A DNA stretch of 64,000 bases from positions 1,260,543 to 1,324,542 of the forward strand of contig OZ255839.1 of the NCBI GenBank assembly GCA_965277675.1. The letters are read 5' to 3'. Position 1 is the stretch's first letter. Every line of letters begins with the position of its first letter. This document shows, piece by piece, positions 1 through 8,730 of this stretch. Made by a program: the position numbers and the translations under genes. The notes beneath the pieces were generated by a model. The model was not told the origin of the DNA and made no database searches. It saw nothing but the letters and a program-made list of their open reading frames with translations. This stretch comes from Candidatus Azotimanducaceae bacterium (GTDB lineage: Bacteria > Pseudomonadota > Gammaproteobacteria > Pseudomonadales > Azotimanducaceae).

Positions 1-1604
1 TGCGCATTTCTCCAGGGTTGCCAGGTTTCCTGTTCACCGCTTAATCCGGTACCTGGACTGCCGTTGTGCGCAAACGCAGTCCAGTAAGACATCATGGCGT
101 TAGACAGGAGTTCCACCGACTGAAAAGTAGAATCGGGGAACAGTACCCGTGAAGGTCTCGGGAAGTAACCGAAGACAAAAGGCAACTCCATGGCATGGGA
201 CGCGCCCAGTAGTTCCTTAAGATCAATGATGCCCAGGTTCCGCCAGTCATCTGCATCGAAACGGTAGCTATAAACCGGCTGATGCAGACTGACGTTCGCT
301 GCGATTGCGTCTACGCCGGAAGCCCGCCAGACATCCGTGCCGTATTTGGCATCTCGCTTGAACGCCATCGGATCCTTGATTTTTGTGGGCAGACTGCCCA
401 TAAACTCAACATAATCCGGTGAAAAGCCCATAAACAAGCGCATTTCGTCTCGCGTGGTGCCTGTCATCAGCGGTACCCGCGCATAGTTGCCGGGATCACT
501 GAAAATTTGTTCAGCGCTGAGGGCCGGTAACACATAGCCGTCGCCGATGATGAGCGGCATATCGATCAACCCGGCGAAACCTGAATCAAAAACGCTGAAC
601 AGATCGGTGACCGGCAAGCTTCGTAACAGGGCCAACAGTTCATCCGCGGGTAAGGTTTCCTGCAGGTCCAAACCAGCGGCTTCGTCCCTTGCGCGGCCCG
701 CTGCCACCAGCCAGTTGGCGACCAGTTTGCGTGACCCCCACATCGGCCGTCCGGCAGGCGTTTCCATCAGGTTACGGGACTCTTCAGGGGAATAAATCTG
801 TAGGCCGCCGCTCTGCGAAATCGCCTTGTGAAACAAGCCGCTCGCCAGGGGTGATGCCATCAGCGACATGACATTAAAACCGCCCGCCGATTCCCCGAAA
901 ATTGTGACATTACCGGGATCGCCACCAAACGCAGAAATGTTGTCGCGAACCCAGTGCAGCGCAGCAATCATGTCCAGGGTGGCGAAGTTGCCGGAGGCGT
1001 CCTCCAGAGTTGGCGCGGTTTCATCCAGCGCCGGATGTGACAACCAACCGAGCGGCCCCAGCCGGTAGTTCACAGTCACCACGATGACATCCTTTTCGGA
1101 TGCCAACAGCGACCCATCATAGACCCGGCTGTGCTCGGTGCCACCACTACCGACAGTGTTACCGCCGCCATGGAGCCAGACCATAACCGGCAGTCGCTTG
1201 TTCGCTTTAGGAATCGTGTCAGGATGAAATGGCGGCGCCCAGACATTGAGATAAAGGCAGGTTTCATTGCCGATATAGCCACGCCCTGCGTCGCTACCCT
1301 GCGCGGCCGCCAGTTGGGGACACTGCGACCCATAGTCCAGCGCTTCTTTTCTGCCTTCCCAGGGCAACACCGGTCTCGGCGCCCGCCAACGGGCGGCATC
1401 CGCATAACGTATGCCAAGCCATGCATGTGCCTGGTAGGCACCTTGAAAGCCAATAATCTGGCCGGTATTGAGCATTCTCACAGAGGATGGAGAAGTCAGC
1501 CTTGGTGGCTCCTCTTCAGGTGTGAGGTATTGATAGACACCAAACACCGCACCCGCAATACCCAAAACGATAAGCAGCAAAAGAACGCCGATAACTCTGA
1601 ACAT
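1..1604 (-). CDS. Carboxylesterase type B family (para-nitrobenzyl-esterase-like); 3' end lies outside the window
   Basis: Own translation of the minus strand. The frame stays open to the window edge, so it is absent from the ORF track. ATG at 1604-1602; N-terminal TM/signal MFRVIGVLLLLIVLGIAGAVFG; oxyanion-hole VMVWLHGGGNTVGSG; nucleophile elbow NVTIFGESAGG; reads ...ETWQPWRNA at position 3. Confidence 0.85.
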   Translation of the reverse strand, partial: MFRVIGVLLLLIVLGIAGAVFGVYQYLTPEEEPPRLTSPSSVRMLNTGQIIGFQGAYQAHAWLGIRYADAARWRAPRPVLPWEGRKEALDYGSQCPQLAAAQGSDAGRGYIGNETCLYLNVWAPPFHPDTIPKANKRLPVMVWLHGGGNTVGSGGTEHSRVYDGSLLASEKDVIVVTVNYRLGPLGWLSHPALDETAPTLEDASGNFATLDMIAALHWVRDNISAFGGDPGNVTIFGESAGGFNVMSLMASPLASGLFHKAISQSGGLQIYSPEESRNLMETPAGRPMWGSRKLVANWLVAAGRARDEAAGLDLQETLPADELLALLRSLPVTDLFSVFDSGFAGLIDMPLIIGDGYVLPALSAEQIFSDPGNYARVPLMTGTTRDEMRLFMGFSPDYVEFMGSLPTKIKDPMAFKRDAKYGTDVWRASGVDAIAANVSLHQPVYSYRFDADDWRNLGIIDLKELLGASHAMELPFVFGYFPRPSRVLFPDSTFQSVELLSNAMMSYWTAFAHNGSPGTGLSGEQETWQPWRNA

Positions 1605-1751
1605 GATATGCGCCTGTATACCCGTCGGTTACTTTCCATCTTATAACAGCGGGACCGACATGTTTTAGCCGGTTTGTCCGATCGTAAGCCGCTTTTACTT
1701 GCAGCGGTGATCTGGTTTAGCATCGGTACTTGTCAATTTGGAGTCGTACCT

Positions 1752-2099
1752 ATGATTATTGTTGTCGCAGCACTTAAATTTGAGAGTCAGGAAGCCAGAG
1801 ATAAAGCGGTTGAGCTGACACGGGAAGTACAACTGGCAACACGCGAAGAGGAGGATGGTTGCCATGACTACTGCTTCGCGCCAGATCCATCAATCCCAAC
1901 GCGCATCCAGGTCTACGAACTCTGGGAAGATGGCGATTCACTGGCAGCGCACTTTAAGCATCCCAACTACGACAAAATGGTTGAACTCCTGGGTAACGCG
2001 GGCGTTGTTGAAAGCATCAATCAGGCCTACCTCGTTGAAAAGGGTGAACCTGTTTATGGCCCGAACGGCGAGCGAAAGACCGCTTTCTTCCAGGACTAG
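1752..2099 (+). CDS. Antibiotic-biosynthesis-monooxygenase (ABM) domain protein
   Basis: Track ORF 1674..2099. Internal ATG at 1752 is preceded by GGAG (1739-1742). MIIVVAALKFESQEARDK...VYELWEDGDSLAAHFKHPNY is the typical ABM ferredoxin-like pattern. Confidence 0.7.
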   Translation: MIIVVAALKFESQEARDKAVELTREVQLATREEEDGCHDYCFAPDPSIPTRIQVYELWEDGDSLAAHFKHPNYDKMVELLGNAGVVESINQAYLVEKGEPVYGPNGERKTAFFQD

Positions 2100-2111
2100 A
2101 GGGATAGCCAC

Positions 2112-3092
2112 ATGGCGAAAGTCATTGATCTACACGCCCACGCGATCCTCGAAGCCGGCTTCGGGGTCGCAGGAAAACTTGGCCCGGAGCTCGCCAAAGA
2201 CGAACACGGTGTCTCTTTCTTCAGGGTTGGTGATTATCAGCTTAAACCCATCGAATACCGTGGCACGGTATTCATGGAACCTGAGCTGCGGCTGGAACGC
2301 ATGGCCCAGGATGGCATCGATCTGCAAATGCTTTCGCCTAACCCGCTAACGATGTTTCATCAGATACCGGCTGATGTTGCCATCCGGTACTGCCGAACCC
2401 AGAACGATGCCATGGCCAAACTGGTCAGCGAACATCCCGGTAAGTTCTTAGGTGCCGCCAGTCTGCCCATGCAGGATATCGACGCGGCCATGGCCGAGCT
2501 GCATCGCGCCGTCAAAGATCTTGGCCTGGTGGCTGCCTATACCGGGACGCATTATCCATTTGGACTCGACGACCCGCGTATGGATGACTTTTACCGCACC
2601 CTGGTTGAACTGGATGTACCGTTGTTTCTGCATCCTGCATCATCGGGCGGGGACAAGGGTCCGGAAGACGAACGCCTCGAACGGTTCAACCTGACAATTC
2701 TGTTGGGGTACCCTTATGAAGAAATGGTTGCCTGCGCCACGATCCTGTTTGGCGGCGTATTTGAACGGCATCCAGATGTTGATATTTGTATTTCACATGG
2801 TGGTGGTGGCCTGCCCTACCTGTTCGACCGATTTGTCGGGATGACCAAATTCGGCGCCTGGGTGCCAGAATCCATTCAGGAACATGGTTTCCAACCTATG
2901 CTTCAGAAGCTGTGGTTCGATGCCCATGTTGACGGCGAAACCGCTCACAACCGACTGGTTGAAGTAGTCGGTAAAGACAGACTGGTTTACGGCACCAATT
3001 TCGGGGGTTGGGATACACCATCAGCTGCCGACGAATTTGCCGCGAGCCTCACCCCCAACGCAGAGAAGTTATTGCGCCTAGTTGACAAGTAA
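2112..3092 (+). CDS. Amidohydrolase-2 family protein (ACMSD-like metal-dependent decarboxylase/hydrolase)
   Basis: N-terminal VIDLHAHA metal-binding motif, later ICISHGGG and a C-terminal GTNFGGWD segment. Length is 326 aa. Confidence 0.8.
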   Translation: MAKVIDLHAHAILEAGFGVAGKLGPELAKDEHGVSFFRVGDYQLKPIEYRGTVFMEPELRLERMAQDGIDLQMLSPNPLTMFHQIPADVAIRYCRTQNDAMAKLVSEHPGKFLGAASLPMQDIDAAMAELHRAVKDLGLVAAYTGTHYPFGLDDPRMDDFYRTLVELDVPLFLHPASSGGDKGPEDERLERFNLTILLGYPYEEMVACATILFGGVFERHPDVDICISHGGGGLPYLFDRFVGMTKFGAWVPESIQEHGFQPMLQKLWFDAHVDGETAHNRLVEVVGKDRLVYGTNFGGWDTPSAADEFAASLTPNAEKLLRLVDK

Positions 3093-3114
3093 GCGCGCCA
3101 GACCGGAGACAGCC

Positions 3115-4368
3115 ATGCATCAGATATTCACCAATGCCAAATTGTTTACTGCCACCACCCATGAGGCAATTTCAAACGCCGCTATCTGGGTGGATGGGAA
3201 CAAAATTCTCTACGCCGGCCCTGCAGACGGGCTGCCGGAAACACCACGAGATACGGTGCAGCAAGACCTGTCAGGTAAGTTCGTCATGCCGGGTATGACC
3301 GAAACCCATGCCCACCTGTCGTTCGCCGACGCCAGCCCGTTTGCCATTGGTGAAACGGGGGTTGAAGACGCGACCCTGACGGCAGTCCGAAATGCCCGCT
3401 TGATGGTTGCATCCGGATTTACGTCGGCGGTGAGTTTTGGGTCCACCTACAAAATCGATGTCGCTCTCAGAGGCGCCATAAACTCAAAAAGAATCATTGG
3501 CCCCCGTTTACTGGCTGCCGGACGTGATCTCGGCGCGACCGCAAGCAACGTTGACTCCGGCGGTGGCCTGAGTCAGATCGCAGACGGCCCCTGGGCGCTC
3601 CGAAAAGCCGTCAGAGAACAGCGCAAGCTGGGCGTCGATGTTGTCAAAATCTTTATCGATGGTGAGGCGATCAACCCACAGAACCCGCCTGGCGAACTCA
3701 GCTTTACCGACGAAGAAGTCAACGCCATCGTTGACGAAGCCCACCGTCGTAAACTCCGCGTTGCCTGCCATGCGAGATCTGCTGCTGCGGTTAAGCAGGC
3801 GGTAAGGGCTGGTGTGGACTATGTCGGTCACGCCAACTATCTCGACGATGAAGCCATTGATTTACTGGCAGAACGCAAAGACCGAATCTTTGTGGGTCCC
3901 GCCATCGCCTGGGAAGTGACCTACCTTGAGAAATGCGAGTCTATTGGTGTCTCCCGGGAGACCGTTATCCAACAGGGGTATCAGGCTGAAATTGACGCCA
4001 CCATAGCAACGGTTGAAAAACTCAAAGCCGCTGACATCAAGATGATAGTTGGCGGAGACTACGGTATTTCTATCGCGCCCCACGGCACCTATGCCAAGGA
4101 TCTCGAGTATTTCGTCAATCTCTTTGGAATGAGCAACGCCGAATCGCTGATCTGCGCAACCCGCAATGGCGGACTCGCTTTCGATCCGGCAGGTACTGTC
4201 GGTACTCTGGCACCAGACACTCTTGCTGACCTGGTTATCGTCGATGGCGATCCGCTGGAGGACATCACCGTACTGCAGGATCACGCTAAACTCAGCGTGA
4301 TGAAAGATGGCGTGTTGTACAAAGACCTCGGCAATTCAAACCCCTACCTCGCGACACCTGGAGAATAG
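3115..4368 (+). CDS. Amidohydrolase family metallo-hydrolase (imidazolonepropionase / Xaa-Pro dipeptidase-like)
   Basis: Track ORF 3082..4368 starts at TTG. ATG at 3115 has GGAG 8 nt upstream. PGMTETHAHLSF (HxH), VKIFIDGE and ACHARS are motifs typical of the amidohydrolase_1 superfamily. Confidence 0.8.
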   Translation: MHQIFTNAKLFTATTHEAISNAAIWVDGNKILYAGPADGLPETPRDTVQQDLSGKFVMPGMTETHAHLSFADASPFAIGETGVEDATLTAVRNARLMVASGFTSAVSFGSTYKIDVALRGAINSKRIIGPRLLAAGRDLGATASNVDSGGGLSQIADGPWALRKAVREQRKLGVDVVKIFIDGEAINPQNPPGELSFTDEEVNAIVDEAHRRKLRVACHARSAAAVKQAVRAGVDYVGHANYLDDEAIDLLAERKDRIFVGPAIAWEVTYLEKCESIGVSRETVIQQGYQAEIDATIATVEKLKAADIKMIVGGDYGISIAPHGTYAKDLEYFVNLFGMSNAESLICATRNGGLAFDPAGTVGTLAPDTLADLVIVDGDPLEDITVLQDHAKLSVMKDGVLYKDLGNSNPYLATPGE

Positions 4369-4373
4369 TAGCA

Positions 4374-5615
4374 ATGCAAATGGATATGCCAGGTACCGGT
4401 ACCGATTGGCAGGCACTGAAAAAAGAAATGCTTGCCAGAGGCGGCGATGACGCAAAATGGCGCGAAGGTAAAACGGCTGTTTATGTCTTTAATGCCGGCG
4501 AGGATGTTGCCCAGGTTCAGAAAGAAGCTTACACCATGTATATGTCAGAAAACGGCCTCGGCCCCCTGGCATTCCCCAGTCTGAAACAAATGGAAGACGA
4601 GGTGGTTGGCATGGGGTTATCCCTGTTGCACGGCCCCGCCGATGCCGCCGGGAATATCACGTCCGGCGGAACCGACTCCATTAATATGGCGGTTAAGGCA
4701 GCCAGAGACTACGCAATCGCAACCAGGGGCATCTCTGACGGCACACCGAACATTGTCGCCCCCTATTCAGTGCATCCCGCGTTCGATAAAGCGGTAAAAA
4801 TGATGCGCCTGGAACTGCGCCGGGTACCGGTTGCATCCGACCTGCTGGCAGATGTCGCCGCGATGGAAGCTGCAATGGATGACAACACGATCATGCTGGT
4901 TGGCTCTGCACCCAGCTTTCCTTATGGGCTGATTGATCCCATCGCCGCCATCGGCGAGCTTGCCGAGCGCAAACAGTGCTGGCTGCACGTGGATGCCTGC
5001 GTCGGCGGCTATATTGCCCCTTTTGTCAGAATGAATGGTGGCGACGTGCCAGCATTCGATTTCGAGGTTGCTGGCGTGCATTCCATGTCGGCTGATCTGC
5101 ATAAGTATGGTTACTGCGCCAAAGGCGCCTCAACCGTATTGTTCCGCTCTGAGGAATTACGCAACTACATGATCTTCGACTGTGACGACTGGCCCGGGGG
5201 ACGCATGATGACCCCCACCCTGGCTGGCACCAGACCTGGCGGCGCCATCTCTGCGGCCTGGGCAGTAATGAACTTCCTGGGAATCGACGGCTATCGCCGG
5301 AAACATAGGCTGGTCACGGATGCGCGGCAAGCGATTGAACAGGGTGTCACTGAGTTGGGGTTCGATGTTCTCGGTAAACCCCAACTCGGCATCGTCGCCT
5401 TCAGTCATCCGAATCTGGATGTGTTCGCGATCTACAAGCAACTCTATATGAAAGGCTGGTTTACCAGCCTGACGACCGCACCCAAAGCACTCCATCTGAT
5501 GCTGTCACCCTTCCACGCCGAGGTAACGGACACCTATTTAGCAGATCTGAAGGCTGCCATGGAAATTGTCGCTGCTGGCGGCAGTGAAACCATCACCGAG
5601 GCGCGCTACAGCTGA
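4374..5615 (+). CDS. PLP-dependent group II decarboxylase-fold enzyme, sphingosine-1-phosphate-lyase-like
   Basis: SGGTDSINMAVKAARD, HVDACVGG and SADLHKYGYCAKGASTVLFRS, where the HK lysine is the PLP Schiff-base site. The pattern matches soluble bacterial SPL homologs as I recall them. No N-terminal TM. Confidence 0.7.
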   Translation: MQMDMPGTGTDWQALKKEMLARGGDDAKWREGKTAVYVFNAGEDVAQVQKEAYTMYMSENGLGPLAFPSLKQMEDEVVGMGLSLLHGPADAAGNITSGGTDSINMAVKAARDYAIATRGISDGTPNIVAPYSVHPAFDKAVKMMRLELRRVPVASDLLADVAAMEAAMDDNTIMLVGSAPSFPYGLIDPIAAIGELAERKQCWLHVDACVGGYIAPFVRMNGGDVPAFDFEVAGVHSMSADLHKYGYCAKGASTVLFRSEELRNYMIFDCDDWPGGRMMTPTLAGTRPGGAISAAWAVMNFLGIDGYRRKHRLVTDARQAIEQGVTELGFDVLGKPQLGIVAFSHPNLDVFAIYKQLYMKGWFTSLTTAPKALHLMLSPFHAEVTDTYLADLKAAMEIVAAGGSETITEARYS

Positions 5616-5644
5616 ACGCATAACATCTGCAGCTGCGGCAGAAA

Positions 5645-5668
5645 AACAAGAACAAGAACAAGAACAGG
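5645..5668. repeat. (AACAAG)3-AACAGG hexanucleotide tract in the 5' leader, running into the Shine-Dalgarno
   Basis: Read directly: aacaag aacaag aacaag aacagg ag. AGGAG at 5666-5670, ATG at 5677. Confidence 0.9.
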
Positions 5669-5676
5669 AGTCATTC

Positions 5677-7278
5677 ATGAGTTATGCCTGGAGCTACGGC
5701 GAAATCCTTGAGGCCGTCGAAAAGATCACGGATCCGGATCAACCAGCACTGATTCACGGTGACCGGGTTATCGACTGGCGCAATTTTGTCAGACGCACCA
5801 ACAATCTGGCGCGCAACCTGCTTGATAGCGGCGTCAAACCGGGCGACAAGATCGCTTTTTATCTCCGTAACTGCCCGGAATACCCTGAGGGTATCGCCGC
5901 AGCATTTAAAGCAGGCCTGGTGCACGTCAACGTAAACTATCGTTACATCGAACACGAACTGATCTACCTGCTGGATAACTCAGACGCCACCGTGGTCGTC
6001 TATCAGTCTGAATTTCAACACTATGTCGATGACATCAGAGACAAGCTGCCGGGCGTTATTCATTGGCTCGCTGTTGATCACGGCAAACCTTGCCGCTACG
6101 AGGATATGGCCAACGAGGGTGATGGCCGTGCGCCAGCAAGACAACCGGACCCGAATGACCTGCTGTTCTTGTATACCGGCGGCACCACTGGCATGCCAAA
6201 AGGCGTGATGTGGCGGCACGATGACCTGTTCCAGGTACTGGGCGCCGGCGGCAATCCACGCATCGGAGTACCCCCTTGCGAGGATCTTGACGAATTTCTT
6301 ACGCGCCTGCAAAGCAATCCCAGAACCGTTAACCTGCCCCTGCCGCCAATCATGCATGGCACGGGTTTGCTATCTGCTATTGGTGCGATGGCAAACGGCG
6401 GCACCTGTGTGACACTGCCATCCCGCAGTTTCGAACCCGATCTTGCGTTGAGCGCCATCGAACGCCACAAGGTGACTACCGTCACGATTGTTGGCGATGC
6501 TTTTGCTCGCCCCATGGTCGAGGCCCTGGATGCCAATCCCGGCAAGTACGATATTTCCTCGGTCAACCTGATTTCCTCCTCAGGTGTCATGTGGACGCGT
6601 GAGGTGAAAGCGGGCCTGCTCAGACACAACGAAAACCTGTTGTTATCTGATGGATTTTCATCTTCTGAGGCTATTGGTCTCGGCACATCGCTGATGACCC
6701 GGGATGAGGAAATAGAAGTCGCCAGTTTTACGCTCGGACCGCGCTGCAAGGTCTTCACCGAAGCCCTGGAAGAAGTGGCACCGGGCTCCGGTGAATCAGG
6801 GATGGTGGCAGTTTGTGGTTTTCTGCCGGTTGGCTACTACAAGGATCAGGAAAAAACGGACAAGACCTTCAAGGTCATTGATGGTATCCGGTATTCCATT
6901 CCCGGCGACTGGGTGCGTGTCGAAAGTGATGGCAGCCTGACCCTGCTGGGCCGTGGTAGCAACTGTATCAACACAGCTGGTGAAAAGGTTTACCCGGAAG
7001 AAGTCGAAGAAGCCCTGAAATACCACGATGGTGTTGCCGACGCATTGGTTGTCGGCGTCAAGGATGACAAATGGGGGCAATCGATTACCGCCGTGGTGCA
7101 ACTCAATGACGGGGAAACGTTTGACGAACTGGCACTTCGTGAGTTCTCGCGGCAACATCTCGCCGCCTACAAAATCCCCAAGCGTATTCTGTTGAAAGAC
7201 AACCTCAACCGGGCACCCAACGGTAAAGCAGACTACAAGTCGATTCAGACCTTTGCCGAGGATGCCCTCGGGCTGTAA
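5677..7278 (+). CDS. AMP-dependent acyl-CoA synthetase/ligase
   Basis: Track ORF 5566..7278. The upstream part overlaps the previous gene, and the ATG at 5677 has AGGAG. AMP-binding core LFLYTGGTTGMPKGV and C-terminal PNGKADY. Confidence 0.85.
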   Translation: MSYAWSYGEILEAVEKITDPDQPALIHGDRVIDWRNFVRRTNNLARNLLDSGVKPGDKIAFYLRNCPEYPEGIAAAFKAGLVHVNVNYRYIEHELIYLLDNSDATVVVYQSEFQHYVDDIRDKLPGVIHWLAVDHGKPCRYEDMANEGDGRAPARQPDPNDLLFLYTGGTTGMPKGVMWRHDDLFQVLGAGGNPRIGVPPCEDLDEFLTRLQSNPRTVNLPLPPIMHGTGLLSAIGAMANGGTCVTLPSRSFEPDLALSAIERHKVTTVTIVGDAFARPMVEALDANPGKYDISSVNLISSSGVMWTREVKAGLLRHNENLLLSDGFSSSEAIGLGTSLMTRDEEIEVASFTLGPRCKVFTEALEEVAPGSGESGMVAVCGFLPVGYYKDQEKTDKTFKVIDGIRYSIPGDWVRVESDGSLTLLGRGSNCINTAGEKVYPEEVEEALKYHDGVADALVVGVKDDKWGQSITAVVQLNDGETFDELALREFSRQHLAAYKIPKRILLKDNLNRAPNGKADYKSIQTFAEDALGL

Positions 7279-7291
7279 ACCGGGTCAGGCC

Positions 7292-7675
7292 TTATGATGG
7301 ATCAGGGTCGGAGGCAACGTCGGCGTCGTCAGCACCTGGCGCCTTCGATTGATAGCCAGAACGTTCAACCCCGAATCGGGCTGCACCCGCAGTCAGATAA
7401 AGCAGCAGAAACAGGGTTAAGATGATCACAGTACTGCACAGCAGCACATAGGGGCTGTCAGTCTGCAGGCCATAACCAATCAACATACCCGCCGGGACGC
7501 CGATACCCGCGCTGATAATACCGCCAACAGCCGTGGCGCTGACGCCCCTGACACCGCGCCGATAGAAGGTCCCGCATTGCGGACAGCCAAAAGATTTGTC
7601 CGGGTCGCGCCAGTCCTCGCACAGACAGTTCCGTGGGGTAATTTCAAACCCACACTCATCACAGACTACAGTCAT
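7292..7675 (-). CDS. Zinc-ribbon membrane protein (CxxC...CxxC N-terminus followed by 2-3 TM helices)
   Basis: MTVVCDECGF...FGCPQCGTFY followed by hydrophobic segments. Lies 18 nt downstream of arfB on the same strand. Confidence 0.5.
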   Translation of the reverse strand: MTVVCDECGFEITPRNCLCEDWRDPDKSFGCPQCGTFYRRGVRGVSATAVGGIISAGIGVPAGMLIGYGLQTDSPYVLLCSTVIILTLFLLLYLTAGAARFGVERSGYQSKAPGADDADVASDPDPS

Positions 7676-7693
7676 TCTTTCTCCTGAAACACG

Positions 7694-8098
7694 CTAGTAA
7701 TCAACTTTACCGCGCGTCTTTTTCCGATCACCCTGCTTCCGCTTACCATCAAGTCGTTTCCTGACCGAGGAGCGGGTGGGTTTGGTTTTTCTTCGTGATT
7801 TAGGTACATGCTGCGCCTGTTGCAGCAGTTCATCCAGACGCCCGAGGGCCGCTTCCCGGTTCTTTTCCTGACTTCGAAAATTGGCAGCCTTGATAACAAC
7901 CATGCCATCCCGTGTGATTCGCGCATCCCGGAGCGCGGTAATTTTATGTTTCAGCGCGTCAGGCAGACTGGAACTCATCACATCGAACTTCAGGTGAATT
8001 GCGGAGGATACCTTGTTCACATGTTGCCCACCGGGACCACTGGCCCTTATCGCCGACAGTTCGATCTCATGCTCGGGAATATCAGAGACCCTGATCAT
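7694..8098 (-). CDS. arfB: Alternative ribosome-rescue factor ArfB (YaeJ), peptidyl-tRNA hydrolase
   Basis: IRASGPGGQHVNKVSSAIHLKFD (GGQ motif) plus a basic C-terminal tail KSRRKTKPTRSSVRKRL. Collinear with E. coli ArfB from memory. Confidence 0.9.
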   Translation of the reverse strand: MIRVSDIPEHEIELSAIRASGPGGQHVNKVSSAIHLKFDVMSSSLPDALKHKITALRDARITRDGMVVIKAANFRSQEKNREAALGRLDELLQQAQHVPKSRRKTKPTRSSVRKRLDGKRKQGDRKKTRGKVDY

Positions 8099-8664
8099 CA
8101 GGCACGCGACATAAACTTGGCGTTGGTGGTATTCACTTTGATCGTCTCACCCTGCTCAATATATTCGGGTACCTGGACCACCAGTCCCGTCGACACCGTC
8201 GCCGGTTTACTTCGCGCGTTCGCCGAAGCGCCCTTGATGGCGGGCGCGGTTTCCGTGATCTCCAGAGTCACCGATTGCGGCATATCAATAGCCACGATAT
8301 TACCTTCAACCAGAAGTGCCGTAATACCATCAAGACCGTCCGTGAGATAGTCGAGTTGCCCCTCCATCGCCGAAGCGCCCAACATGTACTGGGAGTAGTC
8401 TGTGGTGTTCATAAAGACATATTGAGCCCCGTCCATATAGGAGAACTGGACCTGGACCCGCTCACAGTCGGCTTCAGCAAAGAAATCATCACCTTTCAGT
8501 GATTCATCTCGCTTCTGTCCGGTCACCAGATTGTCAAAACGGATCTTATACAGGGTTGATGCTCCCCGGGCAGATGGGCTCTTCGCCTCCAGTTGCTTGA
8601 CCACATGGGGGGTGTCATCAATCTGAATGACATCACCGCGTTTCAACTCACTTGCCTTCGGCAT
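8098..8664 (-). CDS. yeiP: Elongation factor P-like protein YeiP/EfpL
   Basis: MPKASELKRGDVI...SPSARGASTLYKIRF...ETAPAIKGASANARSKPATVSTGLVVQVPEYI aligns by eye with E. coli YeiP. Confidence 0.9.
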   Translation of the reverse strand: MPKASELKRGDVIQIDDTPHVVKQLEAKSPSARGASTLYKIRFDNLVTGQKRDESLKGDDFFAEADCERVQVQFSYMDGAQYVFMNTTDYSQYMLGASAMEGQLDYLTDGLDGITALLVEGNIVAIDMPQSVTLEITETAPAIKGASANARSKPATVSTGLVVQVPEYIEQGETIKVNTTNAKFMSRA

Positions 8665-8730
8665 ATTTCTCTTCGTCCCCTATAATGAGCAGGCTATTGT
8701 ACAGCGACACAGTTGTGGATCACATCCAGG

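Noticed and set aside
547-1646. Track ORFs 547..795, 689..871, 868..1068 (+), 1076..1453 (-) and 1131..1646 (+)
   Set aside because: All lie inside or antisense to the clearly motif-bearing carboxylesterase frame (<1..1604, minus). Their translations are Arg/Pro/Ser-rich with no motifs. They are shadow ORFs of a GC-rich gene.
5566-5676. N-terminal extensions offered by the track (e.g. 5566, 1674, 3082, 8713, 13029, 14472, 32148, 33857, 36184, 36853, 41847, 42846, 48595)
   Set aside because: Each extension overlaps the preceding gene or lacks an RBS. An internal ATG/GTG with a Shine-Dalgarno gives the conserved family N-terminus or a proper signal peptide.
6096-6758. 220-aa ORF antisense to the acyl-CoA synthetase gene
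   Set aside because: It is a shadow ORF. The sense strand carries the AMP-binding signature.
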